This document shows, in pieces, positions 57,989-64,000 of a stretch of 64,000 bases of DNA. The stretch lies in assembly GCF_009914755.1 (NCBI RefSeq), contig NC_060947.1, one strand, 5' to 3'. Position 1 is the stretch's first letter; each line of letters begins with the position of its first letter. Both the position numbers and the translations under genes were made by a program. The notes under the pieces are model-generated. The model ran no database searches. It was not told the origin of the DNA and was given only the letters and a program-made list of their open reading frames with translations. The DNA comes from the human T2T-CHM13v2.0 reference genome, Homo sapiens.

Positions 57989-60044
57989 TTCTATAGTTAT
58001 AATATCCTCCTATTTTCTTGCTCAGTCCCATTTGCAGCTTACTCATTCTCCCTCCTTTCTCTTGTGTTGGATTCATTTTATATTCTTTGATTAGTTTTAC
58101 TGCCTTGAAAATTGAATATTGATTATGAGACAAAGTATGGAAAGAAACATTAACATTTTTTACTTGAAAAGAAGACTTGGCAGGATTGTCCTCTGATGGA
58201 TTACACAGTGAGCTTCCTAAAGCCAGACCACCCCACAGGCCAGTAGAATTGCAGCGCCAGGTGGATGCTATCTGTTTCCTTCCTCCCTTGGTCCAACAAG
58301 GGACTACAGCTTAGAATGGCCTTCTCTTGGGTTCCTTACTTGCTAGGGATCTCCACTTTCCCAGAGAACTTCTGCTGCCTGTACTTTAGCATGTAGCACT
58401 GTTAAGTTCATAGCATAGTAGTAAGAAGGAAAACATTAAATGTGTGCATCCTCAAAGGATTTGGAACAAAGGATGGTTTTAGGATGCCCTATGAAACCAT
58501 CTTCCCAAGTAAGGATTCCTACTATTATTTTAAAAATTCATACCGAAGGGATCCAATTAAACATGTGGCTTTTGTTTTTTATGACAACAAAAATGATCTA
58601 ACAGATAAATACAGGATGAGATGTTTATCCTCTCCAGGGTAAATATTAATGTGAAGCTGTAAGGTAAATGGTGGGATTTTTATAGAGGTCTAAGTAGTTT
58701 ATAGATTTTAATTGGGAGCTGTTCTGAATGAATGCAATTAACATTGCTTGTAATATAAAATATCTGTATAACATATAATTAAATATATCAACTCATTAAT
58801 GAAGGCATGTGTCAAAGGCAGGTGATGATAACAAGGAAAGCCATAAGTGGTACTACAGAAAACTACCATGATGTTGCTTAGCTCACGGAAGACTAACCAA
58901 GTGAGAAGAGAAAAATGAAACCTTGGTTATGCAAAAGTGGTGACACTCACTTATGTAATCTGCTTATTGTTTTTGTCTAAAACCCGGGCAGCACAAGGAT
59001 AATAACAGATCTCAATAAGTTTGTGTCATACTTCCTTTGTCATCAATTGTCTTGGACTTGAAGAGAAGCCCGGATGCATCTTTTTTCTGTCCGCAAGTGT
59101 GTGGTCTTCTCATACAGCAAGGCTGCCTGCCTTTTCAGTTTCGCAGATGAAGGGGACACTGTAAAGTAGTAACACTTTTCCAGGAAAATACATCTTCATT
59201 CCAAAATAAACTATGAGATTCTACAAACAGAGCAGAGCAGCTATTTCCCCTAGAAGATGACTCGTGGCTAAACTTCTGGGGGAGCTAACGAATATTTGAA
59301 AGGCAAGCGATAACAGGTGAAAATGCACTCAGATACTGCCTGGGAACCGCAGGGCACCAGGAATGCACCTTCACCTCTGCCTCTCGTATTTTGCATGCAA
59401 AAACACCAAACTGAGCCTCTGTGATTTTTCCAGGCTCAGCAAAGTTTCAGTGTCAGGAAGAGTGGCTTTAGATCTGCCTTATAATGATTGGAACCAGGTC
59501 TGAAGAAAGCCTGGTGAAGGAGAGGAGATCAAGCAGAAGGGGGAAGGGGCTCAAACGCTCTCCTTTCACTGTAGTTACCAAGCCAGGTTTGGGGTCTCCC
59601 TAGAGGAAATTGCCTTGCTAATAAACTTAATCTCCCCAACCCCATTCTGTCCTTCCTCAGGAACATGATCAACAGGGCTGCTTGATGACAGCCATGAGAA
59701 GGAGGCCAGGTAAAAGAGACATTTCAAGGAAGTCAAGACAGGCCCAAGGCCAGCCCTGCCCAGTTACAGATGTTCGGTCCAGTTCCTTCCAGATCCGAGG
59801 CTCTCTACTTGGTTAGCTAAGCAGCCAGCTTCTCTCCTTTGTTTGCCCCTTATTGGCCCCCTACTAGTTAGAGCTTCTTCACTTACTTTTCCTAGTCTCT
59901 TCTTTTTCCTAGTCTCCCAGAAAATAGCTCCCTTTTACTTGTTTTCCTAGTATCTTGCTTTACCTCTAGGTCTCTAGCTCTGCCATATCTGCAAGATATG
60001 ACCTAATGGACACCCATACAAGAGAAGGGCCCTATAGAAGTTGA

Positions 60045-60389
<345 letters not shown>

Positions 60390-61149
60390 CTCAGATGCAT
60401 TTTAGAATTTCAAAAATTTTCTTAGAATTGCCAGCTGCTGTCTTGGGTAAGTGATTTCCTGAGCCTCAGCTTCCCCGTCTATAACATACGTATACAAATA
60501 CTAATCTACCTCAGAGAATTATGAGTAGCATTACATGAAATAGTATTTGTGAGCCCTCTGCACAATGCCTGGAACATAGGAAGGACTAAAAGGTTATTGT
60601 TTTTATTAATCAGGAGGTGTGACTTTGACACATGCTTCCCTGTACAAAGAAACAGCTTAAAAACAGCTCTCACTGGCCATGGCAGGGGATAAAACTCCAG
60701 GCTGTTATTTTTATTACTAAATCAAAACTATATTGATAATTTATATATGAAAATCAATGCTGAACTAAAATAATTGGCTTTATTTACACCTTTGAGCCTA
60801 TGCCTGTTATAAAAGTGTGACTCCAGTGAATAAATATGGCAAAAGGACTGTTGACAGGTTTTCTCCCTTAAGCTTCTTCTCTGAGCTTGGGAGGCCAAAA
60901 GATTCTGTGGGAGTTCACAGCTCAGTGACACTGCCATGATTGTCTCTTGTTGGCCATATCCATTGCCACCATCCACTGCTTAGAACCCTGCCCCGAGCAA
61001 GTGTGCAGATACCTGGACACCACATACCACCTAGCCCAGAGGAAACACATGCACCAGAGGCTGGAAGTCCCAGTGCTCTTCTTGGCCTCATCTTGAGGAA
61101 GAAGGCAGAAGCCCACAAGTTGCTATACTACATGGTGTCAGCATCTCTA

Positions 61150-61499
<350 letters not shown>

Positions 61500-63200
61500 G
61501 GAAAAAGACACAGGGCATTGGCTCTGTTACTTTACTGAAGTGGTAGTTTGGACATTGAAACTGATTCTTCTTTAAAGCAACTTGTTGAGATAGGCAGATT
61601 TATACCCTGTATAATATCATCAAAATGGAAGTCCACTGCTACAGTGTACAAAGAGGAAATTCTGATATATATACATGTATATATATAGCTACCAACTGCC
61701 ACTGTCCACAGATGTTCAGTGTGCCTCTCAGAGGACAGTAAGAAAGGAAAGGCAGTCTAGAAGGTGAAAGGAGCCAGGACCAGCCCTGCAAAGGAGGTTC
61801 AAATATGAAACCTGAGGGTGTGAGTCAAGACTGTTTGGTAGATTGCAGATCCGGTGACCTTGGAGTGTCAATTCTATACACACATGGCCACCTTTGGCCT
61901 TCGCTGGTCTTTGTCATTGTGGTCTTCTGGTGGTACGCAGAAGTACGGGGCACAACATGGGCAAATCAAATGTTAAAAAGTACATCTCTCCTTAAGACCA
62001 GTCCCTTAAGTGTGAAAGCCCAAATATAGGAAATGAGAGGAGGGGAGAAGTCTCGGGTCTGAGAGATTTTCTCAACAAGATCTGGCCCAACAGCTCCTCT
62101 ACAGCCTCCCTGCCTCCCCCATCCCCCTTGGGGCAAACCAGTCTCTGACCCCTCTCACCAGCAGCTTTCCTAGCCTCTTCCCTGACAGAGACACCCAGAT
62201 TGGTTCATCTGCATAGCCCGGCTAAACACATACCTACCCCTGGGAGGCCAGACCTCCAAATGTCCCCCCTCTCCCAGCCCCAAGTATACCTCATCCCTAC
62301 TGAAAAGGCATCTCACTGCGACCACAGGCCAGACACAAGATGAATCTGAGGACCAGAGCTCCAGAGCTTTTAGCTCCTAAATGGGAAAAACTCCTGCCCC
62401 CACTTTCACATCCAAAAGTGGGCATTTTGTTTGTGTGCCCGGATGGCTGCACGTTTTGTAAAGCATATGAAATTTAATATCTCACAAGTATTCAAATCTA
62501 GTTCCAGTACTCAGACACCCACTAGAGGCCACCTTAGTTGAATAGATTGAGTAGACTGGGTTTATTACACAATGTTTTGCCTTCAAACAGGATATTGTAT
62601 CTACATCGGCAAGGAGATATTAATATCAATATCATTCCCTCAGATCTCCAGGCTCCTTCCAATCTTGATATTCTAAGATTTTATAATTCTCTACAGAGAT
62701 TGCCTTTTGGGGGAGAACAGGGTGTTATGGTGGTATTTGCTCAGATGAGACTTTGCCTTGGTATACCACATTCACAACCAACCCAGAGTCCTAGTACACT
62801 AACACAAGCAATTCAATTCATCTTACAAGGAGAAACTAACATCCATTCTCTCCTCCTTGCAGAGAAGGTACTGATAGAGGAAAAGAAAACAAGAGAATCT
62901 GTAAATTCTCCTAACCAATATTGCTACTACTTCTAAATTCTTTCTGATCCCTCGAAGGCACAAAGTGAGTCCTTAGCTAAAACTGCCACAAAAGCCTCAT
63001 CTCATTTGTCTTACATGGACCTGTGTAATTTTTTTTTTTTCTTTTTGTTATGACTTGTATAATTTCTTCCTTTGTAAATCACTCTCCACACAGAAACACA
63101 CGCAGTCAGAGTTTTGGAATAACAGTGATGATAATATGCAAATAATTCCTGAACTATCTATCACAGTGATGTTCCAGAGACATGGCTAAATGTCTTAGGG

Positions 63201-63489
63201 CAAGTGGTCGGCAAGGTGGCAAATATTTAGGCTTTCTAGGCCATAGAATCTCTATCACAACCACTCAACTCTGCTATGATAGAGCAAAAGCAGCCATAGA
63301 CAATATATAAATGAGTGAGCACAGTTGTGTTCCAATAAAACTTTATTTATGGACACTGAAATTTGAATTTCATATAATTTCCCTATGCCACGAAACGGCA
63401 CTCTTCTTTTGATTTTTTTCAACCTTTTAAAAATATGAAAATCATTGTTAGCTCACAGGCAAGCTGCAGGCCATGGTTTGCGGGCCCTG
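63201..63489. mobile_element. MER58(B)-like hAT-Charlie element
   Basis: gcaaaagcagccatagacaat...ttccaataaaactttatttatggacactgaaatttg; degenerate 8-bp TSD tcttaggg/tcctagag. Confidence 0.85.
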
Positions 63490-63619
63490 TCCTAGAGGAA
63501 AACTGTGTAGCATCTTATACCCCTAATTGAAAGGGTAAGTAAATTATCATAATTATAATGACATATGAGTTCATGGTATCTGCCAGGGATAAGGCTAAGC
63601 TAATGAAATGGGGTCTTTG

Positions 63620-63865
63620 GTTTAGTCTTCAACCTATGTGATTGGGACTATTGTGCCCATTTTACAAATGAGGACATTGAGACACAAGAAAGGTGAAACG
63701 AGTTACCCAAGACTGCACAGCTACTAAGTATTAGGTTGGTGCAAAAGTATTTGCGGTTACTTTTAATGGCCGAAATGGCAATTACTTTCGGACCAACCTA
63801 ATAGTAGATCCAGGATTGGAACCACACCTGACTGACTCCAAGGCCTGAGCTCCTTACCACTCTCT
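63620..63865 (-). mobile_element. MIR interrupted by MADE1
   Basis: cccattttacaaatgaggacattgag...cacagctactaag / caggattggaacc. Confidence 0.75.
63731..63801. mobile_element. MADE1 mariner MITE with a small internal deletion
   Basis: TA-ttaggttggtgcaaaagta...attactttcggaccaacctaa-TA. Confidence 0.92.
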
Positions 63866-64000
63866 ATAGAAAGGGAGTGCCAAATCCACACTCATTAACC
63901 TACCCCAATTATGTGAAATCCTGTCCCAGGAAGATGTGAATACAGTGGCTCCAAATAAAAATTGTATCAGGTACATGAACTAGTGGGCCTGAGATGGCCA

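Noticed and set aside
58250-58270. CTCF-like gcagcgccaggtgg, and ctagtagggggcc on the minus strand near 59850
   Set aside because: Spacing or core bases deviate from consensus.

Overview
Primate (human-like) non-coding DNA, intronic or intergenic. It has no CpG island and no recognisable protein-coding exon. The supplied ORFs are Alu-, LTR-, microsatellite- or chance-derived, except the disrupted transposase of a full-length Tigger1 (44794-47206). Much of the window is interspersed repeat: about 25 Alus (J/S/Y, one FAM), many MIR/L2 relics, L1M/L1PA 3' ends, MaLR solo LTRs and DNA-transposon fossils (Tigger1, MADE1 x2, MER1A, MER5, MER20, MER58, MER96). Subfamily names are from memory of consensus sequences and boundaries are approximate. 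The most unusual signal is a recurring set of locally templated copies: a 19-bp and a 22-bp insert inside AluJ elements, each copied from 1.1-1.5 kb away; a ~172-bp inverted copy captured inside another AluJ; a ~150-bp L1 segment copied 2.5 kb away; and a ~200-bp direct duplication bracketing Tigger1 in place of a TA target-site duplication. Also seen are a dense NF-kB motif cluster (40195-40490), a CTCF motif (18107-18120) and splice/poly(A) signals suggesting the 3' end of a minus-strand spliced transcript (13625-17506). I cannot name the locus.
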